Assembly: GCA_002505355.1 (NCBI GenBank)
Contig: DAUW01000076.1
Span: 970 to 48,550 of the forward strand
Direction of reading: 5' to 3'
DNA from: Euryarchaeota archaeon UBA229
GTDB taxonomy: Archaea; Thermoplasmatota; Poseidoniia; Poseidoniales; Poseidoniaceae
Length of the DNA stretch: 47,581 nucleotides
The translations under genes were made by a program, and so were the position numbers. Below the pieces are notes generated by a model. That model saw only the letters and a list, made by a program, of their open reading frames with translations, ran no database searches and had not been told where the DNA came from. Below, in pieces: positions 17,273-27,326 of the stretch (within the stretch, counting starts at the first letter, position 1; each line of letters starts with the position of its first letter).

Positions 17273-18985
17273 ATGCAGATGTTATGGCATTTCTCTAGAC
17301 CAACTGGCGATTCGCTCGATGACTCATCAAAGTTAGGGGGCATATGGAACCAAGTGAAAAAATTACGTTATGACGTCTTTGCTCAAGAGTTACAACAATA
17401 TCCGGAAAATGATCAGGGTTTGCTAGACGACCCGGGAGAGCATTTCATTGTCATACTTGAGGGGAATGAGTTAGTTGGCTATATCAGTTTGAACTCACCA
17501 ACCATAGAGGAATATCGTCTTACCAAATATTTCGGTAATGAAATTTTATCTCTGATAACTGCTGAGTATGGAGCGGAGCAGAATTTGTATGAAGTCCGAG
17601 GTTTGACTGTCACGCCATCTCATCGTGGCCGAGGTACTGCCCGACAATTGATGCTTGGTGCGTTGAAATACACTCTGCAAAATGGTGCAGACGGCATAAT
17701 TGCCATGGGTCATGATAGAGTTTTGCCTATGTACGAAAGTATTGGCATGAGGGTTTTCCATAATCATTCTACGACGGCGGGAAATATTGTATTTTATCCA
17801 ATGACGGCATCTGTTGCGAAACTCTGCCAATCCGTTGGTGAGGAGCTGAATCAAGTCGACTTAACTGAGCAACAGGCCCAAGATGAGTCATGTTATCATG
17901 GTGGTGCCTCATGGGACGAGAGCGGTTTTGATTTTATTCGAAGAAATCAATTGATTGTCGCTGATGTACTCGACAGCCCATTTCCACCCTGCCCTGAGGT
18001 TATGGATGTTATTTCGAGAAACTTGATTAGCAGTTGTCAAGAATCTCCACCGACACTATGCGACCCTCTTATCGATAAAATTGCCCAAGTACGTCAACTT
18101 GCCAAGCAGAGTATTCTTGTTTCATCAGGCTCTTCATCACTGATGTTTTCTTTAATGCCTCGATTACTCACTGAGCAATCTCGAGTATTAGTATTATCAC
18201 CAATGTATGGTGAATATTTACACATACTCACTCACATAATTGGCTGTCACATCACCCATTTTTCACTATATCCGGAAGATGGATTCGCTATTCAGGTTGA
18301 TGACTTTATTGATTTAGCGCGTAGACATGATGCTGTTATAATTGTGAACCCAAATAGTCCTACAGGAGTTTATAATGATAAATTGAGCAGTGCAATTGAC
18401 AGAATTTTGTCAAATAAATTTAGTAAAACTCAATGCAAGATGATTTGGGTTGATGAGACATACATCGAGTACGTAGAGGGGGCCGAATCACTAGAAGGGC
18501 TGACCTCAGTTTATGATGAACTGATTGTTTGCAAAAGCATGAGTAAATGCTACGCATTGTCTGGATTAAGAGTCGCTTACGCAGTCACTAAAAAGGCACC
18601 ACAATTACGACGATATATTCCTCCGTGGGCGGTTAGTCTACCGGCTCAAATTGGCGCTGTTGCCGCACTATCAAACCCTGAATACTACCATAAGCAATAT
18701 CTTACCGTACACAGTAATCGAGAACTTCTCAATCAGGAATTAATTGAACTTGGTTTTACTACATATCCGAGTGTGGCAAATTATATTTTAGCTCAATTAC
18801 CACCGGCGGTGACTCATAGCTCACAGCAGTTTATCGCTTTGTGTCGAGAGCAGGATGTGTTCATTAGGGATGCTGAAAATATGGGTATTACGTTAGACTC
18901 GAGTTATGTACGATTTGCTGTAAGGTCTATTGAAGAGAATGTTAGAATAATTGATTGTCTAACTAAACTGCTAACAGCATACTAG
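17273..18985 (+). CDS. Fusion of a GNAT/N-acyltransferase domain and a PLP-dependent class I/II aminotransferase (HisC/CobD-like)
   Basis: N-terminal LRYDVFAQEL, LTVTPSHRGRGTA and MYESIG (GNAT); C-terminal VNPNSPTG, VDETY and KSMSKCYALSGLRVAY (PLP lysine). Confidence 0.85.
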   Translation: MQMLWHFSRPTGDSLDDSSKLGGIWNQVKKLRYDVFAQELQQYPENDQGLLDDPGEHFIVILEGNELVGYISLNSPTIEEYRLTKYFGNEILSLITAEYGAEQNLYEVRGLTVTPSHRGRGTARQLMLGALKYTLQNGADGIIAMGHDRVLPMYESIGMRVFHNHSTTAGNIVFYPMTASVAKLCQSVGEELNQVDLTEQQAQDESCYHGGASWDESGFDFIRRNQLIVADVLDSPFPPCPEVMDVISRNLISSCQESPPTLCDPLIDKIAQVRQLAKQSILVSSGSSSLMFSLMPRLLTEQSRVLVLSPMYGEYLHILTHIIGCHITHFSLYPEDGFAIQVDDFIDLARRHDAVIIVNPNSPTGVYNDKLSSAIDRILSNKFSKTQCKMIWVDETYIEYVEGAESLEGLTSVYDELIVCKSMSKCYALSGLRVAYAVTKKAPQLRRYIPPWAVSLPAQIGAVAALSNPEYYHKQYLTVHSNRELLNQELIELGFTTYPSVANYILAQLPPAVTHSSQQFIALCREQDVFIRDAENMGITLDSSYVRFAVRSIEENVRIIDCLTKLLTAY

Positions 18986-19044
18986 TTGGATGAATGTAAA
19001 GATTCAATAGGTGAGTGTCCTCTATTGGACTTGTAGGCGATTAT

Positions 19045-19974
19045 ATGGGTAATGTAAGAGATGTGGTGATTATTGGTTCTGGTCCTGCCGGTTACACTGC
19101 AGGATTATACACAGCAAGGGCAATGCTCAATCCGCTTATGTTTGCTGGCTACATGTCAGGCGGCCAGTTAATGTTAACATCTGACATTGAGAATTTTCCT
19201 GGCTATCCAGAAGGAATTGGAGGCCCAGAGATGATGATGCAGTTACGCGAGCAAGCTGAAAGATTTGGTCTCGAAGTACAAGATAGAAATGTTGAATCTG
19301 TCGATTTATCCCAACGACCATACAAGATTTTGGTCGAGGGTGAGGAGTTTCTGAGCCACGCAATAATAATCTCAACAGGAGCCGAATCAATATGGCTTAA
19401 TGCTCCTGGTGAGGCCGAACAAAAAGGCCGTGGCATATCTACTTGCGCAACTTGTGATGGGGCATTTTTCCGTGATGAGGAAGTACTCGTAATTGGGGGC
19501 GGCGATTCGGCTTGTGAAGAAGCAACTTTCTTAACGAGATTCGCTTCAAAGGTGACACTGATTCATCGGCGTGATGTGTTTAGAGCGAGCAATATTATGT
19601 ACGAACGGGCCGTAAATAACGAAAAAATAGAGATTAGAACATTTAGACAAGTCAAGGAGTGGTTGTCTGATGAAAATGGTTTAACGGGGGCAATTCTTGA
19701 GGATCCAAGAGACGGATCCACAGAGGAAATAGCCGCTTCCGGTGCGTTTATTGCCATCGGACACAAACCAATCACCGGATTTTTGCAATCTCAAGTTGAT
19801 ACGGATGATAATGGCTACATTATTCATAAACAGCACACAATGACTTCTGTAGAGGGTGTATTTGCGGCTGGCGATGTAGTAGATACAAGGTATAAACAAG
19901 CAATTACCGCTGCAGGCATGGGCTGCCAAGCAGCAATGGACGCTGAGAAATGGTTGGAAGATAACGTTCATTGA
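19045..19974 (+). CDS. trxB: Thioredoxin-disulfide reductase
   Basis: GSGPAG, GGQL, CATCDG, GGGDSA, HRRD, GVFAAGDV, QAITAAG. ATG 19045 is the preferred start. Confidence 0.97.
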   Translation: MGNVRDVVIIGSGPAGYTAGLYTARAMLNPLMFAGYMSGGQLMLTSDIENFPGYPEGIGGPEMMMQLREQAERFGLEVQDRNVESVDLSQRPYKILVEGEEFLSHAIIISTGAESIWLNAPGEAEQKGRGISTCATCDGAFFRDEEVLVIGGGDSACEEATFLTRFASKVTLIHRRDVFRASNIMYERAVNNEKIEIRTFRQVKEWLSDENGLTGAILEDPRDGSTEEIAASGAFIAIGHKPITGFLQSQVDTDDNGYIIHKQHTMTSVEGVFAAGDVVDTRYKQAITAAGMGCQAAMDAEKWLEDNVH

Positions 19975-20016
19975 ACAACCCAGTTAATTCATGAATTAGC
20001 ATCAACTCCGCTGGTC

Positions 20017-21168
20017 ATGGTCGACACCCAAAGGTATGCTAGACACATTACTCTCCCGGATGTCGGTATTAAGGGGCAAGAATTAATCGATAATTCCAAT
20101 GTTCTAGTTGTAGGCGCTGGTGGATTAGGCAGCCCAGTATTGATGTATCTTGCAGCAGCAGGAGTAGGACACCTTGGGATAATTGACGATGATGTTGTAG
20201 ACCTATCAAATCTTCAGAGACAGATAATTCATACTGAGAGCCAAATTGGTGTAGCTAAGGTTGACTCAGCGAAAGCCAGAATTTCCGCAATAAATTCTGC
20301 TATTAAGGTAACAACTTGGAACGAGCGACTATCTCCCGACAATGCGCGTGAAATCTTCACTGGCTGGGATCTTGTTGTTGACGGTACTGATAATATCCCA
20401 ACGCGCTATCTTGTTGATGATATGTGCAATACTCTCGGAATTCCATGGGTATATGGCTCAATCTATAGATTTGAAGGCCAGGTTAGTCTTTTCAATTATA
20501 ATGGCGGACCGTGTTATCGCGACTTGTTTCCCGAACCACCACCAAATGATATGGTGCCCTCATGTGCTGATGGTGGCGTATTCGGCGTCTTACCAGGAGT
20601 TGTTGGAGCAATTCAAGCAACTGAAGCGATTAAGGTGATACTAGATAAAAATCAATCATTGTCGGGTAAGTTGTTACTTTATGATGCAGACAATATGACG
20701 TTTAGAACGCTAAATTTTTCCAAAAACCCAGCGACAAAACCCGACTTGGCTGAAGTAAGGCAGATGTTTGAGGAGCAGGGTTGGTGTGTTAATCAAGCGA
20801 TTAAAGGAGGTCAATTTGAAGAACCGTCGACCGCACGTGGGGCCATGTTCAATCATTTGTCGGTTGCCGAGTATCAACAACGTCGAGCCGCAGGCTGGCA
20901 ACCATTTTTGATTGATGTTCGCTCAAATAATGAGTATGCGCAGGTTAAGGTTTCATTTACTGATCTGCAAGTGCCCCATGAAGAGATCCTATCAATCCAA
21001 GATCAAATTCCCGATGACAAGGACATAATTTTGCTCTGTCGCAGCGGTATGCGTTCACAAATGGCAGCAATGTATTTGCTTAATGCGGGTTTTTCGGGCA
21101 CTCGTTTGTTCAATTTTGACGGTGGTATCTTGGCTTGGAGTAACCATTTACCGGCAGATATCGAATAA
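20017..21168 (+). CDS. moeB: MoeB/ThiF-family adenylyltransferase with a C-terminal rhodanese domain (MoeZ/UbaA-like)
   Basis: RYARHI, GAGGLG, SNLQRQ, DGTDN, PCYRDLFP..SC; rhodanese CRSGMRS and GGILAW. Confidence 0.92.
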   Translation: MVDTQRYARHITLPDVGIKGQELIDNSNVLVVGAGGLGSPVLMYLAAAGVGHLGIIDDDVVDLSNLQRQIIHTESQIGVAKVDSAKARISAINSAIKVTTWNERLSPDNAREIFTGWDLVVDGTDNIPTRYLVDDMCNTLGIPWVYGSIYRFEGQVSLFNYNGGPCYRDLFPEPPPNDMVPSCADGGVFGVLPGVVGAIQATEAIKVILDKNQSLSGKLLLYDADNMTFRTLNFSKNPATKPDLAEVRQMFEEQGWCVNQAIKGGQFEEPSTARGAMFNHLSVAEYQQRRAAGWQPFLIDVRSNNEYAQVKVSFTDLQVPHEEILSIQDQIPDDKDIILLCRSGMRSQMAAMYLLNAGFSGTRLFNFDGGILAWSNHLPADIE

Positions 21169-21313
21169 ACTGCGATATCTGTGTCTTATGGTAGTTTAAC
21201 AAAGCACTATGTTTGGCTAGATGTATATGACTTAGTTTTGCCCAAGTTTTGGGAATTTACGGGATGAGGTTCAAATGTCGGTGTTTACAATCACCCCATA
21301 GGGGGGAGAAAAT

Positions 21314-22408
21314 TTGGCCAAGGTCATTGTTGCTGACGAAAATGAAGGTAGAAGGTCACTGCTAGCAAATACGCTCGAGCGCGAGGGTTTTGAAATCACC
21401 CGTGCTGGAACCCTAAGACAAGCAGAAGGCACGGCACTTGCGACTATGCCAGAGGTAGTACTCATGGATGGAGACTGGCAAAATGGCGATGCTATTGATG
21501 CCTCTCAAAGGCTAATGAGCGATCCTGAGTTTGCCTTCAAATGCCGCATTGTTGTCCTATCAAAAATTTCTAGTCAAGAGTACTTAATATCCGCAGCAAA
21601 AGCGGGAATTTCAGAGGTAATCGCAAAACCTATCGATATGAAGGTACTGATAGATCAATTAAACAAACATGCGAGAAAGCAATTTGTTCCGCCGCCTGCT
21701 GATGTCGAAGGTCCCGCGTCAGGCGGTGGCAGTTTTGACGTCTCGATGCTTATGGGGGATTCGACATGGGCATTACCAATGTTGAAAGGTCTAGTTGGTC
21801 CGGAAAAAATCAATCCCGGATTCATAGATGAAATATTGGTCCAAATGGACGAAGAAGGGATTGAAGTTCAAGAAATGTTTGATCCCGCAACTATGGCGGC
21901 AATGTTGAGGATTGCGCTAAATAATCTGGTTCAAGATGTAGACCCAGAGCAGGTGGCGTCCCAACAAAATGATACGGAAAACGATGAATCAGAATCAACT
22001 CCATCGTATGACAAGATTGCCAAAGGTCAAACCTTAGGCTCCGGTAAAAGCGGTTCATCGAAGCTCAAAGGTGGGATGACAACGATGGAGGATATTCTCC
22101 AGCAACAAGCATCAGCAATCAAACACGATGTTGAGTCGGTAATGGATGATGTACTGGATGAGAAACCTGAACTTGTTGCTTTACATTCAGATGAAAACCT
22201 ATTTGGCGTTGACCCGGAAGTGCTCAAATTGACTAGATTAACCAACGAACTAGTATACGACTTAATGTGGAATCTAGGGCGCCCCGGAACCCTAGAAGAT
22301 GTGACATTGATAACTCAAATAGAGGATATTACAGAAATGGTTGGTGATGTGCTATCATCATTCCCCAGCGTTAATGCAATCGATGGGCTGGATAGCGAGG
22401 AGGAGTGA
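21314..22408 (+). CDS. Response-regulator receiver-domain protein with an unknown acidic C-terminal domain
   Basis: KVIVADE, PEVVLMD (phosphoacceptor position), IVVLS and IAKP. TTG start preceded by GGGGGAG. Confidence 0.8.
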   Translation: MAKVIVADENEGRRSLLANTLEREGFEITRAGTLRQAEGTALATMPEVVLMDGDWQNGDAIDASQRLMSDPEFAFKCRIVVLSKISSQEYLISAAKAGISEVIAKPIDMKVLIDQLNKHARKQFVPPPADVEGPASGGGSFDVSMLMGDSTWALPMLKGLVGPEKINPGFIDEILVQMDEEGIEVQEMFDPATMAAMLRIALNNLVQDVDPEQVASQQNDTENDESESTPSYDKIAKGQTLGSGKSGSSKLKGGMTTMEDILQQQASAIKHDVESVMDDVLDEKPELVALHSDENLFGVDPEVLKLTRLTNELVYDLMWNLGRPGTLEDVTLITQIEDITEMVGDVLSSFPSVNAIDGLDSEEE

Positions 22409-23136
22409 AGTTGTCCACTCGCTCAAAAATTAACATACAACAACAAACAGTAAGCCGATTTCGAGTGTACCTGTCGGCCGCCATAATTTTTATGTGGTTG
22501 TTAATCGGTTATTTGGTCTTTAACGACATTGCAGAATTCATTAACTGGTTTGATGATTACGGTGTTTGGGTTTCAGTAATCTATTGCTTGATGGTTACTA
22601 TTGCAATAGTATTGTTAGTGCCAACCCCAATACTAAAAGTTGGTGCTGGCGCATTATTTCCTTACCATGTCGCCGTGTTGGTGAATTTTGCCGCATCGGT
22701 TTTCGGGGGACTGGTTGCATTTTCGCTTGGTCGATGGATGTTTAGGGACTATATTGCCGAAATTGTTGCTAAGGATGAAAGATTAGTCAGTCTAGAATCG
22801 GCAATTACTGAGGATGCAATGCAGATATCAGTGTTAGTTAGACTATCGCCAATTATTCCCGATGAGTGGTTAAATTATGTAATGGCGAGTAGTCCAGTAT
22901 CAACAAAGACATTCTTTATTTCAAACCTCTCAAGCATCATCTATTCTTTTGCTTACGCCTATTTCGGTCTGGCCGCTGGTGAATTAGTACTCAACGGCGA
23001 TGGTATGGACGGCTTTGCTCAGTCACCATTAGGAAGCATTTTATTGATTGTTGGTGTTATTACTTCGATTTTTATCACCATTTTAATTGCTAAAATGACC
23101 AAGAAAGCCTTGAATTCCAAGGTTGATGCGATATAA
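22405..23136 (+). CDS. TVP38/TMEM64 (VTT/DedA family) membrane protein
   Basis: LLVPTPILKVGAGALF, AFSLGRWMFR, LVRLSPIIP...LNY. Confidence 0.9.
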   Translation: MKLSTRSKINIQQQTVSRFRVYLSAAIIFMWLLIGYLVFNDIAEFINWFDDYGVWVSVIYCLMVTIAIVLLVPTPILKVGAGALFPYHVAVLVNFAASVFGGLVAFSLGRWMFRDYIAEIVAKDERLVSLESAITEDAMQISVLVRLSPIIPDEWLNYVMASSPVSTKTFFISNLSSIIYSFAYAYFGLAAGELVLNGDGMDGFAQSPLGSILLIVGVITSIFITILIAKMTKKALNSKVDAI

Positions 23137-23179
23137 TCAAAATCGTTCAGTTTGTATGTGAGTTTCATGTGGCAGTTGC

Positions 23180-25777
23180 ATGGCGCAGGGAGACCTACCG
23201 GAAATTTTTGGCGCAACTTGGTCGCCAACGGCTAGACTGGTCTTCACTCAACCGCTGCTGGCAGATGCTGCAAAGCGAGAGGTGCTACTATTTGTTGCGC
23301 AGCAACATGACGGTAAGATTTCACTAGTTTCTGATATTTGGGACCACGTTATTGACTCGGCAAATGAGCAATTTGAAGCGCCATCATGGGGCAAATTCTG
23401 TAATCACTTCATTAGCGCGCTGTCGAATGCACTGGTCGCCCAAGTAGACGCTAAAATGGCGGATGAGAAAGAAACAGAGGTGATTCCAAGACGGAATTTG
23501 TCCTCATATCTCGAACGTAGAAACACCCATTTTTTGATCGATATGCGCTTAATGCTGAGGCGACTTGCGCACTACATGTCTGTCACGCTAGAACACCGCT
23601 TAGAATGGCAACGAAATATGACAAGGACGCGAATAATGGATGAGGCGCTAAAGGAAATTTTCACTGAAGGCATGGAAACCCCGGACGGTTCGAAATTTGG
23701 CGGCAAAGGTTTTCGTTCAACCTGGCAAGAAGGTGTTGTTGCAGTGGCCACCGCCTTGGAGACCGATACAACTAGCAATCGCACAGCAAGACCCGGAGCT
23801 GGTTATGATGGCGATTTAGTCGCACCCATGATTAGGGATGTCGGGCTATCTCTAGCGATGGGGGATACGCCACTTGGTGTAATGGCTGCGAACCTTGGGA
23901 AAGTTGGTTCTAATCAAAATGGCGGATGGGATGATGCCGGAGGTCGTGATTTACACATCGGCGCTTGGCACGTTGGCGTTCTGCCACCGACTGCTCCATT
24001 ACCAATAGCCAGCGCAACTCTTACCGGTCTGGCATTCGCCGCTTGGCAACAGAAAAAACCACGATTTCACGTTGCTTGTATCGGCGAAGGTGCTTCTTCC
24101 TCGGGTGAATTCTGGGAGGCCTTAAATTTCGCTGGGACTAGGGGACTGCCAATAACCTACATTTTACAGAACAATCAAATTGCTCTTGATACGGCACCTG
24201 TTAACCAGTCTGGTGTTGAGGTTTGGGCTGACAAGGCAAAAGCGATGGGGTTCCCAAGTTGGACAATCGACGGATCCGATCCTGCAGCTTGGTACGCCAG
24301 TGTTGCATGTGCCCGTGAATTTGCCTTGGAAGGTGGGGGCCCCACTCTTATCCACGTCGAGACTATGCGTGGCTGTGGCCACGCACATCACCACGATGAT
24401 CTATATTTGGGTAACGAATCTGGTACACCACCTGGTTACGTTAATCGAGATATGCTTGATTATTGGGCTGCCAAAGATCCGCTGCCCACCCATCGTAAGT
24501 TAATGTTAGATCTTGGCATTGACGAGCAGGTAATACTCGATATGGAAGCTGAGGAACAGGCTTTAGTCGATGGCGATAGAGCAGAACTTAGCGCAATGGC
24601 CTGGCCGGAGCCTGAGACTGTAACAAAAGGAGTTACCAGCATTAGTGATGCAGAGACTCATGAAAATCACCTAAATCGACTAAAGAACAGTGAATTAGAG
24701 CTTCACCAATCGCCTCTCGGCGTAGGTGAATCAATCCTTGAGTATGTCGAGAAGGGTGGCTGGACATATGCCAGGGCGATACAACAGGCGATGGTTGACA
24801 TTGCGAATCGGTACGGCGACGATTGCGTATTCATCGGTGAAGACATGGAGGTTGCGGGGGCATTTGGCATGAATATCGGGTTAAAAAACGCCGGGCATGA
24901 TAAAAAATTGGTTGACATGCCACTTTGCGAGGCAATCATTGTTCACACCGGTACTGGTGCAGCACTATCAGGAATGAGGCCAATGGTTGAAATTCAATTC
25001 GGTGGCTTTGCCGCACTAGGATTCAACGCCCTCGTCAACAATGCCGCCATGCTCAGATGGCGCTGGGGAGCAGATTGTCCAATGACGATTAGAATACCCT
25101 TGGGCGCAAAAACTCGCTCAGGGCCGTTTCATGCAAACATGATAGAATCTTGGTTCGCTAATGATCCCGGAATAATAATTCTCGCACCAGGGACTCCTCA
25201 AGATGCTTATGATTTGCTCGTTGAGGCGGCCGAAATAGATGATCCCGTAATTATGTTGGAGCATATTGGATTGTATGGCTTACGCGGCGGTCTGACTGGT
25301 TGGGGTCAAAACATAAATCAGCAGGTAAATACTCTGTTAGTTAATCAGGCAATCGATGAGGGTCGAGGCTATAAAATCGGTAAAGCAGAGGTAATCCGTG
25401 GAGGCAGGGATGTCACTCTAGTAACCTGGGGAGCGATGGTCCACGTTGCGAAGCAGGCTGCTGACGAATTATCGAACGAGAATATCGAGGTTGAGATTAT
25501 TGATTTAAGAACACTGATTCCATTTGATGCTGATACCTGCATTAAATCAGTTACTCGCACAGGTAGGCTGGTGATTTTGCAGGAAGGACAATGGAGTGGC
25601 GGACTCGGGCACACCATACAAAGCCGTATTCTTGAGTCCTGCTTCTACGTTCTAGAATCTGCGCCCTGTGTGATTGGCGCACTTGACACACCGGTGCCAT
25701 TCTCGCCTCCCCTCGAAAATCACACCATACCTTCAGTTGATCACGTTGTTGATATTTTGCGAACATCTTGTCAATAA
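23180..25777 (+). CDS. 2-oxoacid dehydrogenase E1 alpha/beta fusion with an N-terminal extension
   Basis: TPP motif GEGASSSGEFWEALN...NN. Beta part has GEDM, PLCE, RPMVEIQF, GPFH, DVTLVTWG and EIIDLRTL. Confidence 0.9.
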   Translation: MAQGDLPEIFGATWSPTARLVFTQPLLADAAKREVLLFVAQQHDGKISLVSDIWDHVIDSANEQFEAPSWGKFCNHFISALSNALVAQVDAKMADEKETEVIPRRNLSSYLERRNTHFLIDMRLMLRRLAHYMSVTLEHRLEWQRNMTRTRIMDEALKEIFTEGMETPDGSKFGGKGFRSTWQEGVVAVATALETDTTSNRTARPGAGYDGDLVAPMIRDVGLSLAMGDTPLGVMAANLGKVGSNQNGGWDDAGGRDLHIGAWHVGVLPPTAPLPIASATLTGLAFAAWQQKKPRFHVACIGEGASSSGEFWEALNFAGTRGLPITYILQNNQIALDTAPVNQSGVEVWADKAKAMGFPSWTIDGSDPAAWYASVACAREFALEGGGPTLIHVETMRGCGHAHHHDDLYLGNESGTPPGYVNRDMLDYWAAKDPLPTHRKLMLDLGIDEQVILDMEAEEQALVDGDRAELSAMAWPEPETVTKGVTSISDAETHENHLNRLKNSELELHQSPLGVGESILEYVEKGGWTYARAIQQAMVDIANRYGDDCVFIGEDMEVAGAFGMNIGLKNAGHDKKLVDMPLCEAIIVHTGTGAALSGMRPMVEIQFGGFAALGFNALVNNAAMLRWRWGADCPMTIRIPLGAKTRSGPFHANMIESWFANDPGIIILAPGTPQDAYDLLVEAAEIDDPVIMLEHIGLYGLRGGLTGWGQNINQQVNTLLVNQAIDEGRGYKIGKAEVIRGGRDVTLVTWGAMVHVAKQAADELSNENIEVEIIDLRTLIPFDADTCIKSVTRTGRLVILQEGQWSGGLGHTIQSRILESCFYVLESAPCVIGALDTPVPFSPPLENHTIPSVDHVVDILRTSCQ

Positions 25778-25863
25778 TTCTCGCTGTAAGGAAATAAACG
25801 CTAGAATTAATCCTGATTTCCTGAAACAGTTTCGTTCATTTACCAGTGGCTTGTCGACTAATC

Positions 25864-27045
25864 ATGAGCGACTACCGCATAGCGATACTACCCGGCGACG
25901 GAACAGGTCGAGAAGTTGCCTTAGAGGCTCGTAAAATTCTCGAAACTATTAGTCAAAATACTAACCTAGGTTTTGATATTACAGAAATCGCTTGTGGTGG
26001 TCAAAATTATCAGCAAACCGGAGAAGAATGGGCTGAAGGCTCCTTCGAATTTTGCCGCGATGAAGCCGACGCGATATTTCTCGGTGCTATTGGGCATCCT
26101 GGTGCTTACTTGCCAAATGGAGATTTAGCTGGCGGCTCAGTGATTCTGGGACTTAGGTCAGGATTGGACCTTTACGCCAATGTTAGGCCAGTAAAATTGT
26201 TTGATGGAGTTATGCACAAAGTGCATGGCAAATTCAGGCAGATATGGCAGCCAGATATGGTTGATATGACAATCTTGAGAGAGAACACTGAAGGTCTCTA
26301 CCATTCATTATTGAAGCGAGCCTCCAATCGAGCGCAGGGTTTGGGTGATTATACCATACCAGAAGTTGAATTCCCTGGCCTCAAAGGAGAGGTAGTCTAC
26401 GACCCAAGGCCAATTTCATCGCACGGTACAGAGCGATTAGTAAAGATGGGTTTTGAGATTTCAAAGACGAGAAAAGGTGCGCCAATGGACGGCGTGAGTC
26501 GTGTATCCTGTATCGACAAGAGCAATGTCACTCGAGGATGTCAATTATTTCGTAGAACCTTTGACGAAGTAGCAAAAAATTATCCTAAAATCGCTACCGA
26601 TTACGGATATATCGATGCTTTTACTCAGTGGCTAACCCGAACTCCTGAACATTATGACGTAGTTGTCACATCAAACATGTTTGGCGATATTGCCACTGAT
26701 TTAGCATCTGTTTTGCAAGGTGGGATGGGCATGGCTGGATCGGGTAACATCGGCGATAACCACGCATTCTTCGAGCCAGTTCATGGCTCAGCACCAAAAT
26801 ATGCTGGCATGAATAAAGTCAACCCTATCGCATCTGTTAATTCAATTCAAATGATGATGGATTGGCTGGGAAGAAAGGATGGTAATGACGAGGTACTAGA
26901 AGTTGCCAAGGCAATTGAGCAAAGTGTTTCGGAACATTTGGCTGAAGGTAAACATCTAACCTATGATCTCGGTGGAGATGCCAGCTGTAGCCTGGTCGGC
27001 GATTTGATATCACAAAAACTGGGAACTATCTTGCGCGAGATTTAA
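25864..27045 (+). CDS. Isocitrate/isopropylmalate dehydrogenase family protein
   Basis: LPGDGTGRE, DLYANVRP, RENTEGLY, DKSNV, NMFGDIATD, FEPVHGSAP, TYDLGG. ATG 25864. Confidence 0.93.
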   Translation: MSDYRIAILPGDGTGREVALEARKILETISQNTNLGFDITEIACGGQNYQQTGEEWAEGSFEFCRDEADAIFLGAIGHPGAYLPNGDLAGGSVILGLRSGLDLYANVRPVKLFDGVMHKVHGKFRQIWQPDMVDMTILRENTEGLYHSLLKRASNRAQGLGDYTIPEVEFPGLKGEVVYDPRPISSHGTERLVKMGFEISKTRKGAPMDGVSRVSCIDKSNVTRGCQLFRRTFDEVAKNYPKIATDYGYIDAFTQWLTRTPEHYDVVVTSNMFGDIATDLASVLQGGMGMAGSGNIGDNHAFFEPVHGSAPKYAGMNKVNPIASVNSIQMMMDWLGRKDGNDEVLEVAKAIEQSVSEHLAEGKHLTYDLGGDASCSLVGDLISQKLGTILREI

Positions 27046-27300
27046 TTAAAATTTCTTTGGTACTCCGACGGCGCTGGAATTTTCAATATCGAGATCATCC
27101 TCATCATCTTCGATTGTCACGGTAATTTCATCCACGGCATTTGTTGGTGACTTTGCCATAGATTCTAGTTTGTTGATATGTTGCTGAATCAGCTCAAATT
27201 CAATCTCTAAGTCATCCATTTCGTCTCTAACTGATTCGATTTTAGCGCTAATTCGGGCGGCAAGTTTCTTCAACTTCCGCATGACTCGCTTTTCGGACAT
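27046..27300 (-). CDS. Small coiled-coil hypothetical protein
   Basis: MSEKRVMRKLKKLAARISAKIESVRDEMDDLEIEF..., amphipathic helix with an acidic tail; fills the gap between genes. Confidence 0.6.
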   Translation of the reverse strand: MSEKRVMRKLKKLAARISAKIESVRDEMDDLEIEFELIQQHINKLESMAKSPTNAVDEITVTIEDDEDDLDIENSSAVGVPKKF

Positions 27301-27326
27301 GGGTATAACCAGTAGCTTGGAGTTTT

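Noticed and set aside
17273..17900. LuxI AHL synthase (quorum sensing)
   Set aside because: It shares only the N-terminal LRY.VF pattern; the LuxI W..E.D.FD block is not evident and no LuxR-like gene is nearby. Kept as a generic GNAT.
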